Part shown: piece by piece, positions 49,772 through 59,113 of the stretch
Layout of the letters: every line of letters begins with the position of its first letter
Numbering within the stretch: position 1 is the first letter of the stretch
Assembly: GCA_050290185.1 (NCBI GenBank)
Contig: JBNKHE010000005.1
Location: 96,001-160,000, forward strand
Length of the DNA stretch: 64,000 bases
From: Pontiella sp.
GTDB taxonomy: Bacteria; Verrucomicrobiota; Kiritimatiellia; Kiritimatiellales; Pontiellaceae
Reading direction: 5' to 3'
The notes under the pieces: generated by a model
What the model was told of the DNA's origin: nothing
Seen by the model: only the letters and a program-made list of their open reading frames with translations
Database searches by the model: none
Made by a program: the position numbers and the translations under genes

Positions 49772-50992
49772 ATGGCACTAGAAGTAAACAACCACGTTCA
49801 CTCGACCTATTCGTTCAGCCCCTACACGCCGTCGGACATTCCGGAAAAGGCCAAACAGGCTGGACTTGGGACCGTTGGCATCATGGACCACGATTCGGTT
49901 TCTGGCTGCGAGGAGTTTCTTGAAGCCAGCAAAAAGATGGACATCGCGGCGACTATTGGTTTCGAGATGCGCGTCAATATGAACGGCACGTCGGTGGAAG
50001 GTCGCAAGACCAATAATCCCGACGAGCCTAACGTCAGTTACATCGCAATCCACGGTATTCCACGTAACCAGATTGCCAAGGTAAAGGACTTCCTGAAGCC
50101 GATCCACGAGGCGCGGATTGCGCGCGACCGGAAAGAAGTTGAAAAATTGAATGCGGTCCTGAACGAGCGTGGGGCCCCAACGCTTGATTTCGACGCCGAC
50201 GTTCTAGCCATCTCCAATGCGGCTGATGGAGGATCGGTCACCGAACGCCACATTCTCTATGCGCTGTCGCTTAAGCTGATCGAGGAGCATGGCAAGGGTG
50301 AGTGGCTGGTTGGATTTGTCGAAAATCAGATGAAGATTCCATTGGCCGGCAAGCTCAAGGAACTGTTGCTTGATACGGGCAATCCGCACTATGCCTACGA
50401 TTTGCTGGGGGCGTTTAAGTCGGAATTGGTTCCCGAGTTTTTCATTGTTTCGGACTACGACGAATGCATCTCCGTCCATGACGCCGTCAAATTTGGAAAC
50501 GAAATCGGCGCGATCCCGGCCTATGCCTACCTCGGCGATGTCGGCGAATCACCGACCGGAGACAAGAAGGCAGAAAAGTTCGAGGATGATTTCCTCGATG
50601 AGCTGGTGCCCGAGCTGAAGCAGCTCGGCTTCAAGGCGATCACCTACATGCCGCCGCGCAACACCCTTGAACAACTAATGCGGTTGCAAAAGCTTTGCCA
50701 GGAAAACGGCCTGATGGAAATCAGCGGTGTGGACATCAACAGTTCGCGGCAGTCGTTCAACTGCCCGATCCTGCTGGAGCCGGAATTCAAGCATCTGGCC
50801 GATGCGGCTTGGGCGCTGATTGCGCATGAAAAGCTCGCTGACGCCGATCCGAAACTGGCACTGTTTAGTGATAAAAACCCGCTGGCCAGCAAGCCGCTGG
50901 AAGAGCGTGTTGCCCGTTATGCAGAGATTGGAAAACGGATTGATCATTCCCGTCCTGAAGAGGCGATCAATCTGAAGGGAGATTTGAAATGA
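49772..50992 (+). CDS. PHP-domain protein (atypical C-terminal metal ligands)
   Basis: NNHVHSTYS, GIMDHD, GFE; C-terminal GVDINS instead of GSDxH; GAGG SD. Confidence 0.85.
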   Translation: MALEVNNHVHSTYSFSPYTPSDIPEKAKQAGLGTVGIMDHDSVSGCEEFLEASKKMDIAATIGFEMRVNMNGTSVEGRKTNNPDEPNVSYIAIHGIPRNQIAKVKDFLKPIHEARIARDRKEVEKLNAVLNERGAPTLDFDADVLAISNAADGGSVTERHILYALSLKLIEEHGKGEWLVGFVENQMKIPLAGKLKELLLDTGNPHYAYDLLGAFKSELVPEFFIVSDYDECISVHDAVKFGNEIGAIPAYAYLGDVGESPTGDKKAEKFEDDFLDELVPELKQLGFKAITYMPPRNTLEQLMRLQKLCQENGLMEISGVDINSSRQSFNCPILLEPEFKHLADAAWALIAHEKLADADPKLALFSDKNPLASKPLEERVARYAEIGKRIDHSRPEEAINLKGDLK

Positions 50993-52068
50993 AAAAGAAA
51001 GCACTCGAAATCGCGCCAATGCTACGCGGACTGAGCTTTGATGGAGAAAAGGGTGACGTTGTCGTATTCAAGGATCGGATCGACTATGCCGAACTCACGT
51101 GCAAGGCGGATGAGTTGGCCGAAAAATACGAGAAGGGTATGCACTCGGTCTATGTTGAAGGTGTCGGCGGCTTCCTGCTTGGCGAGGACTACGACGATGC
51201 CATGAACGGAACCTCTGCCGCACCGATCTCGACCGGTCGTGCCGCGGTGGTACACAACAAGGTTTGCGTGGTGACCGGCGGGGCGCAGGGATTCGGCGAA
51301 GGCATCGTGCGCGAACTCATCAAAAACGGAGCGACCGTGTTCATTGCGGACATGAACGTGGGTGGAGCCAAAAAGCTGGCACTGGAGCTCAATGAAGAGG
51401 CCGGGCGTACCGTGGCCTTTGGCATTTCCGTCAACGTGACCGATGAAAAGTCGGTCGAGAAGATGGTGGTGGAAATCGTTAAGACCGTGGGCGGAATCGA
51501 CCTGTTTGTCAGCAACGCCGGAGTGCTCAAGGCCGGCAGCGTAAAGGAAATGACGCTTAAGGATTTCGAGTTCGTGACCGACGTCAACTATATCGGCTTC
51601 TTCCTATGCACGAAACATGTTGCGCCGGTGATGGAGCGTATGAACAAGCCGCACGGAAACTACTACACCGACATCATCAGCATCAGCTCCAAGTCGGCGT
51701 TGGAAGGTTCCAATAAGAACGGTGCCTATGCCGGCTCAAAGTTCGGTTCTGTTGGTCTGGTGCAGAGTTTTGCCAAGGAACTGGTGGTGGATAACACCAA
51801 GGTCAACACCGTCTGCCCTGGAAACTTTTTCGACGGGCCGCTGTGGTCCGACCCCGAGAAGGGGCTGTTTACGCAGTACCTCAATACCGGGAAGGTGCCG
51901 GGAGCCAAAACCGTCGAGGATGTCCGCCATTACTACGAATCGCAAATCCCGATGGGCCGCGGATGCGATGGAGAAGACGTCACGAAGGCCATTCTCTACA
52001 CGGTCGAACAGAAATATGAAACCGGCCAAGCCATCCCCGTCACTGGCGGCCAGGTGATGCTGAACTAA
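50989..52068 (+). CDS. SDR oxidoreductase, sorbitol-6-phosphate dehydrogenase (SrlD/SorD)-like, with ~85-aa N-terminal extension
   Basis: TGGAQGFG, NAG, SKS, N.AYAGSKFG, CPGNFF.GPLW, LF.QY, TGQAIPVTGGQVM. Confidence 0.88.
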   Translation: MKKKALEIAPMLRGLSFDGEKGDVVVFKDRIDYAELTCKADELAEKYEKGMHSVYVEGVGGFLLGEDYDDAMNGTSAAPISTGRAAVVHNKVCVVTGGAQGFGEGIVRELIKNGATVFIADMNVGGAKKLALELNEEAGRTVAFGISVNVTDEKSVEKMVVEIVKTVGGIDLFVSNAGVLKAGSVKEMTLKDFEFVTDVNYIGFFLCTKHVAPVMERMNKPHGNYYTDIISISSKSALEGSNKNGAYAGSKFGSVGLVQSFAKELVVDNTKVNTVCPGNFFDGPLWSDPEKGLFTQYLNTGKVPGAKTVEDVRHYYESQIPMGRGCDGEDVTKAILYTVEQKYETGQAIPVTGGQVMLN

Positions 52069-52126
52069 TGACCGACAACGAATAACCAATAACAATTTAC
52101 GATTAACTATTACCCGGAGGGTAACC

Positions 52127-53398
52127 ATGAAAACCAAGGCAGTCAGACTTTACGGCGAGAAAGATTTGCGGTTGGAGGAGTTCGAACTTCCGGCCATCGG
52201 TGAAAACGAAATCCTTGCCAAGATCGTATCCGATTCCATCTGCATGTCGTCCTACAAGGCGGCGTCGCAGGGCATCAAGCACAAGCGCATTCCTGACAAT
52301 GTGGCGGACGAGCCGATCATTATCGGGCACGAGTTCTGCGGCGAGATCGTGGAGGTCGGCAGCAAATGGGCGGATCAGTTCACGGCAGGCGACAAGTTTT
52401 CGATCCAGCCCGCGATCAACTATAAAAATGGCCCCGTAGGCATTCTTTCGGCGCCGGGCTATTCGTACCAATACATCGGCGGCGATTCGCAATATGTCAT
52501 CATTCCCGCCGAGGTCATGGCGCAGGATTGCCTGTTGCCGTTCAACGGCGAAGCCTACTATCACGGTTCGCTGGCCGAACCGATGTCCTGCATCGTGGGC
52601 GGCTTCCACGCCAACTACCACACCAAGCCCGGCAGCTATGTCCACGAAATGGGCATCGTTGAGGGCGGTGCGATGGCGTTGCTCGCCGGCGTTGGCCCAA
52701 TGGGGCTGGGCGCGATCGACTATGCGATCCACTGCGACCGCAAGCCGGGGCTGCTGGTGGTCACCGATATCGACAATGCCCGACTGGAACGTGCCGCATC
52801 GATCTACACGGTTGAAGAAGCCAGGGCCAACGGCGTTGAGCTGATCTATGTCAATACGGCGGAAGAAAGCCATGGCGTGGACTACCTGAAGTCGCTTACT
52901 CCTAAGGGTGAGGGCTTCAACGACGTCTTCGTGTATGCTCCGGTTCGCCCCGTGATCGAGCAGGCTGATAAGCTGCTGGCGTTCGATGGCTGTCTGAATT
53001 TCTTTGCCGGCCCGACCGATCCCGCTTTTTCGGCCGAGTTCAACTTCTACAACGTTCATTATGCTGCCACGCACGTGGTCGGTACAAGCGGCGGCAACAC
53101 CGATGATATGATCGAGTCGCTGAAAATGATGGAAGAGGGGCGCCTGAACCCGTCCACCATGATCACGCACGTTGGCGGTCTCGATGCGGTAATCGATACC
53201 ACCCTGAATCTGCCGAATATTCCGGGTGGCAAGAAGCTGGTCTATAACAATGTCAGCATGCCGCTGGTGGCGCTGAATGATCTGAAGGGCTTGGCCGGCG
53301 AATTCTATCAGGGCCTGGCCGCGATCGTTGAAAAACACAATGGCCTGTGGAGCCCGGAAGCCGAGCAATACCTATTGGCCAACGCGCCGGCGATTTAA
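52127..53398 (+). CDS. Zn-binding dehydrogenase, L-sorbose-1-phosphate reductase (SorE)-like
   Basis: MKTKAVRLYG..DLRLE.F.LP, DSICMS, IIGHEFCG, SPGYSY-like APGYSY, SLAEPMSC, DGCLNFFAGP, HVVGTSGG, IPGGKKL, GLWS.EAE.YLL. Confidence 0.9.
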   Translation: MKTKAVRLYGEKDLRLEEFELPAIGENEILAKIVSDSICMSSYKAASQGIKHKRIPDNVADEPIIIGHEFCGEIVEVGSKWADQFTAGDKFSIQPAINYKNGPVGILSAPGYSYQYIGGDSQYVIIPAEVMAQDCLLPFNGEAYYHGSLAEPMSCIVGGFHANYHTKPGSYVHEMGIVEGGAMALLAGVGPMGLGAIDYAIHCDRKPGLLVVTDIDNARLERAASIYTVEEARANGVELIYVNTAEESHGVDYLKSLTPKGEGFNDVFVYAPVRPVIEQADKLLAFDGCLNFFAGPTDPAFSAEFNFYNVHYAATHVVGTSGGNTDDMIESLKMMEEGRLNPSTMITHVGGLDAVIDTTLNLPNIPGGKKLVYNNVSMPLVALNDLKGLAGEFYQGLAAIVEKHNGLWSPEAEQYLLANAPAI

Positions 53399-53510
53399 AA
53401 GGGGATTGTAGGGCTGGAACGGTCACAGACCTTCAAGCCGCGGCGGGAAGGCCTTCAGCCATTCCCGCCCAACAATGTTAGCGGAAAAATCATTGAGAGG
53501 GGTTGGGACA

Positions 53511-54965
53511 ATGGCGAAGCATTATCTGGCAGTGGATCTAGGGGCATCAAGCGGACGCACCATTGTAGGAACCTTAGATGAAGGAAAGCTGACGCTCAAG
53601 GAGATGAACCGGTTCTGGAACGGTCCGACGGAAATCCGTGGCACGCTCCATTGGGATTTTGTCCATCTGTTTCGCTGTATCCAGGAAGGCATTGCTCTCG
53701 CCAAAAAGGAGTTCGGGGACGGTCTTGTTTCGATGGGAATCGATACCTGGGGCGTCGATTTTGGTTTGTTCGATGCCGACGGGAAGCTGCTTCGCAATCC
53801 GGTCAACTATCGTGACAGCCGGACCAACGGCATGTTCGAAAAGGTGTTCGAACGCGTGCCTAAGGAAGAAGTATTTGCCCAGACCGGCATCCAGTTTATG
53901 GAGATCAATACCCTCTATCAGCTGATGGCACTTTCCTTGTCGGATTCAGCCCAATACCGAATGGCCGACAAGCTGCTCTTCTCACCGGATCTGCTGGGGT
54001 ATTGGCTGACCGGCAACATGGTAGCTGAACGAAGCATCGCCAGCACCTCCCAGTTCTACAATCCGGTGACGAAAGACTGGGCATACGACCTGCTGGAAAA
54101 GTTGGGCATTCGGACCGATCTGTTTGCCGAACTAGTCGATCCCGGAACCGTGATCGGCGAAACCGATGGATTGCCGGTGGTAGCGGTCGGCGGACACGAC
54201 ACCGCCAGCGCCTTTGCGGCCGTGCCGGTTTCCGAGGGGGAACATTGCGCCTTTCTTAGTTCCGGCACCTGGTCTCTGCTTGGAACGGAGCTGACCGAGC
54301 CTGTCATTAACGAAGGATCACTAGCGGCCAACTTTACCAACGAGGTCGGCGTATGCGGTACCATCCGTTTCCTGAAGAACCTTTCCGGCCTGTGGATTAT
54401 CCAGGAGCTGCGCCGGGTTTGGAACGAACAGGACTGCGACTATTCGTGGGCAGCCATGGAACACATGGCGCTGGAGGCCCAACCATTTGAGTTCTTCATT
54501 GATCCGAGCGATGAGGGATTCCTTGCCCCGGGCGATATGCCATCACGGATCCAGGACTACTGCGAACACACGGGGCAGGGGCGTCCTGAAACCCATGCAC
54601 AGATCCTGCGCGCCGCCTATGAAGGGCTGGCCTTGCTTTATGCGGATGTCTACGAATCGCTCGAAACCCTGTCAGGCCGCAAACTGGACATATTGCGCAT
54701 CGTAGGCGGCGGATGCAAGGATACCTTGCTCAATCAGCTGGCTGCCAACGCCACCGGTCGCAAGGTCGTAACCGGCCCGACCGAGGCCACGGCAACGGGC
54801 AATCTGATTGTCCAGATGTTGGCGATGGGGGACATCCAATCGCTCGATGACGGGCGTGAAATCATCCGTAACTCCTTCGCCGGGGAAACGAAGGAGTTCA
54901 TCCCTCAGAATACCGATGCATGGCAAGCCGCACGGGTGAACTGGCGGGCATTGGTCGGAAAGTAG
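53511..54965 (+). CDS. Rhamnulokinase/fuculokinase-like FGGY sugar kinase
   Basis: YLAVDLGASSGR, GIDTWGVDF, YRD.RT, TGIQF..INTLYQL, HDTASA, SSGTWSLLG.E, FTNE.G, LKN..GLW, GP.EATA.GN. Confidence 0.92.
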   Translation: MAKHYLAVDLGASSGRTIVGTLDEGKLTLKEMNRFWNGPTEIRGTLHWDFVHLFRCIQEGIALAKKEFGDGLVSMGIDTWGVDFGLFDADGKLLRNPVNYRDSRTNGMFEKVFERVPKEEVFAQTGIQFMEINTLYQLMALSLSDSAQYRMADKLLFSPDLLGYWLTGNMVAERSIASTSQFYNPVTKDWAYDLLEKLGIRTDLFAELVDPGTVIGETDGLPVVAVGGHDTASAFAAVPVSEGEHCAFLSSGTWSLLGTELTEPVINEGSLAANFTNEVGVCGTIRFLKNLSGLWIIQELRRVWNEQDCDYSWAAMEHMALEAQPFEFFIDPSDEGFLAPGDMPSRIQDYCEHTGQGRPETHAQILRAAYEGLALLYADVYESLETLSGRKLDILRIVGGGCKDTLLNQLAANATGRKVVTGPTEATATGNLIVQMLAMGDIQSLDDGREIIRNSFAGETKEFIPQNTDAWQAARVNWRALVGK

Positions 54966-55124
54966 CCAAGTATGATCCAATTCGTCCTGGAAATATGGAG
55001 CTCAACGCTTCTTGTGTGGAACTACGGGGGACAATATCCATGCAAATGAGCCGAGTAATTTGATCGTTACGGGGAACGAACTCATGCGCTCCACTCAAAG
55101 GTTTTAAAGGACCATCGACCGCAA

Positions 55125-56465
55125 TTAGAAAGTGCCCATCGGTTTTTTGTCTGCATTAATTGCTGTTCCGAATACAGGCCCGTCCAGCGTCATCTCCCTA
55201 GGGTCAAGTTCCATCTTCGATACAAGTTTCTCGTCCACCGGAGTGGTTTTGAATATGGGGAGAACCGGGCGAGGGCCCGCATCGGATTCAACCATTTTAT
55301 AGCTTACTCCCTGCTTTTCGATGAGCAGTCGGCTAGCGAAGAATCCGCCCGGAAATTCTCCAATTAGGATGTCAACATCCACGGGTTGACCTTTTCTCAG
55401 TCTTACCCAGTCACCAATAACCAAACGCGATGCCAAAGACATGTAGCTGCCTTTAGGGTCGAAATTCTCGCCATCGATTTTAACCTGGCCCAAGGTATAA
55501 CCCCAGCTAACATCGCTGTCATAGCCACCTAGGTCTTCAATCTGCGAGAAGATGTCCATGAAGTCAGCACCCTTTACGCTCCCATAATTTTTCTGATTAA
55601 TAGGAAACCTATAGCTGTCGTCATTGTCGCTTTTCCAGAATGACACTTGTCCGATTAGCTCTGGCCAGCTGGCATCCAGTACCACCCGTTTTCCAACGCG
55701 GACGATCAGAATATCATCTCCGATTCCGCAGAAACGATAGCTTCCGGTTTCCGGGGCGGCAATCTGTCCCTTGTAATGGCAAATCCAATATTTACCCTGA
55801 ACCTTGTCATCAACACCGAAGGCCTCGGGAGCAGCTTCAGCGGCCATAGGCGGCATTATAAACGAGGTTGAGTATTTCAGTTTGGGTGCCTTGAAGAAGT
55901 CCTTGAGACGCCTTTCGCTAAAACCGGAACCGACGAATCCCTTGATGACCTTGCACGCAAGAACTTGAGTATCAGGACTGTATGAATTTTCCTCGGCCAA
56001 TTCCCCGATCTTAGTCAGTTCACCATCTTGGTCTTGTTTTAGGTCGTAAAAGGTACCGATGAATTCGTTACCTGTGCCTCTGCTGCTCCCAAAGAGGTCC
56101 AAATCAAATCCGAATCCCAGTCCTCCAAGTCCATCACCTTGTCCATATCCCGTGCCTCCGGGTACGCCGATGATTTCCGGCATCTGGATGTTTACGTCCT
56201 TGTATTTTGGCTTCGTTACAATGGTGTGGCGCAACTTTGGGGCCTGGGCTTTTTTCTCCTTAACGGGCACCTGCAGTTTCTTAAGCTTCATCTTGGGACG
56301 TTTGACTGCCGTGGCCTCAAAGATCTGCTCGGGTTTGACATATACCTGTACAGCGACAAAGGTGAGCGCAACGACAATAAACACAATATGTATAATGACG
56401 CTCACCACCAAAGCACTCGATTTTTTGTGGTTCAGGAAAAAAAACTTTTTCTTTTGTTCGCTCAT
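55125..56465 (-). CDS. Membrane-anchored hypothetical protein, PA14-like domain (paralog 1)
   Basis: N-terminal TM with SVIIH, K/P-rich linker, Gly-rich hinge, W..HYKGQI.APE.G.YRF.G..DD...V.V pattern. Confidence 0.8.
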   Translation of the reverse strand: MSEQKKKFFFLNHKKSSALVVSVIIHIVFIVVALTFVAVQVYVKPEQIFEATAVKRPKMKLKKLQVPVKEKKAQAPKLRHTIVTKPKYKDVNIQMPEIIGVPGGTGYGQGDGLGGLGFGFDLDLFGSSRGTGNEFIGTFYDLKQDQDGELTKIGELAEENSYSPDTQVLACKVIKGFVGSGFSERRLKDFFKAPKLKYSTSFIMPPMAAEAAPEAFGVDDKVQGKYWICHYKGQIAAPETGSYRFCGIGDDILIVRVGKRVVLDASWPELIGQVSFWKSDNDDSYRFPINQKNYGSVKGADFMDIFSQIEDLGGYDSDVSWGYTLGQVKIDGENFDPKGSYMSLASRLVIGDWVRLRKGQPVDVDILIGEFPGGFFASRLLIEKQGVSYKMVESDAGPRPVLPIFKTTPVDEKLVSKMELDPREMTLDGPVFGTAINADKKPMGTF

Positions 56466-56654
56466 GTTCTATCGCCCCGGATTGTTCTTTATTCGTTTAG
56501 TAATTCAACTTTGCATTCCACATATGAAGGGTACTTTCATATATAGCAGACTCCTTACGCGCTTAAAACTAAAAAAGGTTAATGGCTATCGGGTATTTGG
56601 ACTTCACCATCAATCGATGGCGACCTCTTTAAGAGACAAAGGATCGGCTATTTA

Positions 56655-57977
56655 TTAGAATGCGCCCAAGGCCTTTTTCTTGCCATTAATACCTACGCCG
56701 AAGACAGGACCGTCCAGCGTTGCATGGTTTGAATCAATTTTCATTTGTCCGGCCAGTTTTTCATCAATCTCGGTTGTTTTGAATACCGGCAGGACCGGTC
56801 GGGGACCGGCATCGGATGGCACCATCTTATAGTGTTTGCCTTCCTGCTCGATCATGAGCCGGCACATGAAACTTCCACCTGGGATTTCGCCGATCAGAAT
56901 ATCAATATCGACCGCTTGCCCTTTCCTCAGGGTGAACCAGTCTCCATACACCATGCGGCAGGCCAGTTTCCACGAGTCGACGGCAAAGGGCTCACCATTT
57001 ACACGGATATCCTTGATCGCCTCATAAAACTGTCTGGAGCCATTCCATCCACCGAGATCCTCAATCTGTGAATAGATGTCCTTGAAATTGATGCCATCGA
57101 TCAAAGCACGATCCAAAGGAAACAAGCGGTTCTGGTCTGATTTGCTCAGCCAATCGGACATTAGCTTGATATGTTCCGCCCAGCAGGCATCGAGAACCAT
57201 TCGACGTCCCACTCGTACGAACAGCACATCGTCGCCCAATCCGCAAAAACGGTAGCGGCCACTTTCCGGCGCAGCAATTTGGCCTTTGTAGTGACATACC
57301 CAGTAACTGGGTTTCACCTGATCTTCTACGCCAAAGGCTTCCGGGGCCGCGTTGGCATCAATTGGCGGCATCATCAGTGCCGTAGCATACTTTAGTTTGG
57401 GGCCTTTGAAGTAACCGTTGAGTCGCCCTTCATTAAAGCCGGAGCCGACGAAGCCCTTGATAACCTTATACAAGGCCTCTTTCGCATGGTTCTTGTTCTT
57501 ATCCTGCACCGCCTTCCCGATATCCGTCAGGTCTCCATCCGGCTCCTGCTTAAGGTCATAGAAGGTTCCGATCAGCTCGTTTCCCGAGCCCCGGCTACCA
57601 CCGAACAGATCCAGATCAAAATTGAAACCCAACCCTCCAAGTCCATCACCTTTTCCGTATCCCGTGCCTCCGGGTACGCCGATGATTTCCGGCATCTGGA
57701 TGTTTACGTCCTTGTATTTGGGTTTCGTTACAATGGTGTGGCGCAACTTGGGGGCCTGGACTTTTTTCTCCTTAACGGGCACCTGAAGTTTCTTAAGCTT
57801 CATCTTGGGACGTTTGACATCCGTGGCCTCAAAGGTCTGCTCGGGTTTGACATACACCTGTACCGCAACAAAGGTGAGCGCTACGACAATGAACACAATA
57901 TGTATAACGACGCTCACCACCAAAGCGCTCGACTTTTTGTGGTTCAGGAAAAAAAATCTCTTCTTTCGTTCGCTCAT
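56655..57977 (-). CDS. Membrane-anchored hypothetical protein, PA14-like domain (paralog 2)
   Basis: Collinear with paralog 1; first ~120 aa near-identical. Confidence 0.8.
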   Translation of the reverse strand: MSERKKRFFFLNHKKSSALVVSVVIHIVFIVVALTFVAVQVYVKPEQTFEATDVKRPKMKLKKLQVPVKEKKVQAPKLRHTIVTKPKYKDVNIQMPEIIGVPGGTGYGKGDGLGGLGFNFDLDLFGGSRGSGNELIGTFYDLKQEPDGDLTDIGKAVQDKNKNHAKEALYKVIKGFVGSGFNEGRLNGYFKGPKLKYATALMMPPIDANAAPEAFGVEDQVKPSYWVCHYKGQIAAPESGRYRFCGLGDDVLFVRVGRRMVLDACWAEHIKLMSDWLSKSDQNRLFPLDRALIDGINFKDIYSQIEDLGGWNGSRQFYEAIKDIRVNGEPFAVDSWKLACRMVYGDWFTLRKGQAVDIDILIGEIPGGSFMCRLMIEQEGKHYKMVPSDAGPRPVLPVFKTTEIDEKLAGQMKIDSNHATLDGPVFGVGINGKKKALGAF

Positions 57978-58093
57978 GCTCAATCAACCTTTAATTTTCT
58001 TTTCATGTAGTCGACATCAACTACACCTTCTGAATCCATATAGTAAACCGCACATATATAGCGGAATAATAGCGAAGTAGAAGTCCAAACTAC

Positions 58094-59113
58094 TTAATCT
58101 ATACACCAATAGGGATAGAATTCCCTAGGTAGCCTTTTGTAGTCCGACCCCATGACCTCTTTGGGGAAATCGCGGGAATTGAGTGTATTCCAGAAGAGAA
58201 CGGATTGTCCTTCGAGCCTGCCATCAGACAGGTCCTGAAGAAGGGCCGCTGCCGTTTTCCCGGTATAGGTGTTTTCGAGATATACATTTTCGGCAACTTC
58301 GAACCGGCGGACGGCTTCCTGACTCTCGGGTGTGGGAATGCCATAGTCCAGCCCGAAGAACTCGTCTCGTATGCCAATGTCGGAATCAGAGAAGTTCATT
58401 GCGATACCCAGCTTGGCGCATAGTTCGCCGCATAGCTGGCGAATATGCTTCCGGTTCCGGAAATCCGGATCGACGACACGCACGGCTTCTATGCGCGTCG
58501 TAAGTCCTGCCAGCCTCAACCCAACCAATAGCCCCGCCAATGTTCCTCCGGTTCCCATGGGGAGATAGATGACGTCCGGCGTCATTTGCCGGGCTAATTC
58601 AAAAGCAGCGTTAACAAATCCAAGGGCACCGGTGGCATTGGTCCCTCCTGCGGGGATGATATAGGGCGAGTGGCCGTCGGCGGCTTCCCGTTCTCTCGAT
58701 AGCCGTCTCGTAACCTTGGGAAACTCCCGGTAATGCCCGCACAAGTGAAGCTCGGCACCGGCTGCCATCCCCATCAGTATGTTTTTCCGGACATGGTCGT
58801 TCGGTTCCTGTGGCGCGAGGATGGAGATGGGGTGCAGGCCAACCTGCCGACAGCAGATTGCCGTAGCCAAAGCGTGGTTGGAGCCTGCAGCTCCGTAGGT
58901 GATAACGCTTTTGCATCCCTGATCGAGAGCCTCTCCTAGCAGGAATTCGAGTTTGCGGATCTTGTTCCCTCCGTATTCAGTGCCGGAAATGTCGTCTTCC
59001 TTTATAAATAGTTCAGGGTGATGATATTGGTCAGCAATACATGCCAGCGGACTTACGGGGGTGGGTAGTTGGGCCAGCGGGACCCTGGGGAATTGGGATA
59101 GCAGTTCGTTCAT
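58094..59113 (-). CDS. PLP enzyme, D-cysteine desulfhydrase/ACC deaminase family
   Basis: LPTP, K.DD, GGNKIRKLEFLL, SNH, IPAGG, GTGGT.AGL, YG, LE..YTGK. Confidence 0.9.
   Translation of the reverse strand: MNELLSQFPRVPLAQLPTPVSPLACIADQYHHPELFIKEDDISGTEYGGNKIRKLEFLLGEALDQGCKSVITYGAAGSNHALATAICCRQVGLHPISILAPQEPNDHVRKNILMGMAAGAELHLCGHYREFPKVTRRLSREREAADGHSPYIIPAGGTNATGALGFVNAAFELARQMTPDVIYLPMGTGGTLAGLLVGLRLAGLTTRIEAVRVVDPDFRNRKHIRQLCGELCAKLGIAMNFSDSDIGIRDEFFGLDYGIPTPESQEAVRRFEVAENVYLENTYTGKTAAALLQDLSDGRLEGQSVLFWNTLNSRDFPKEVMGSDYKRLPREFYPYWCID

Noticed and set aside
48241..53368. Antisense ORFs of 489 and 421 aa
   Set aside because: Shadow frames of the E1 and SorE-like genes.
43486..58100. tRNA-Arg as integration site for the downstream sugar operon
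   Set aside because: No integrase, and I saw no duplicated tRNA 3' end in the window.
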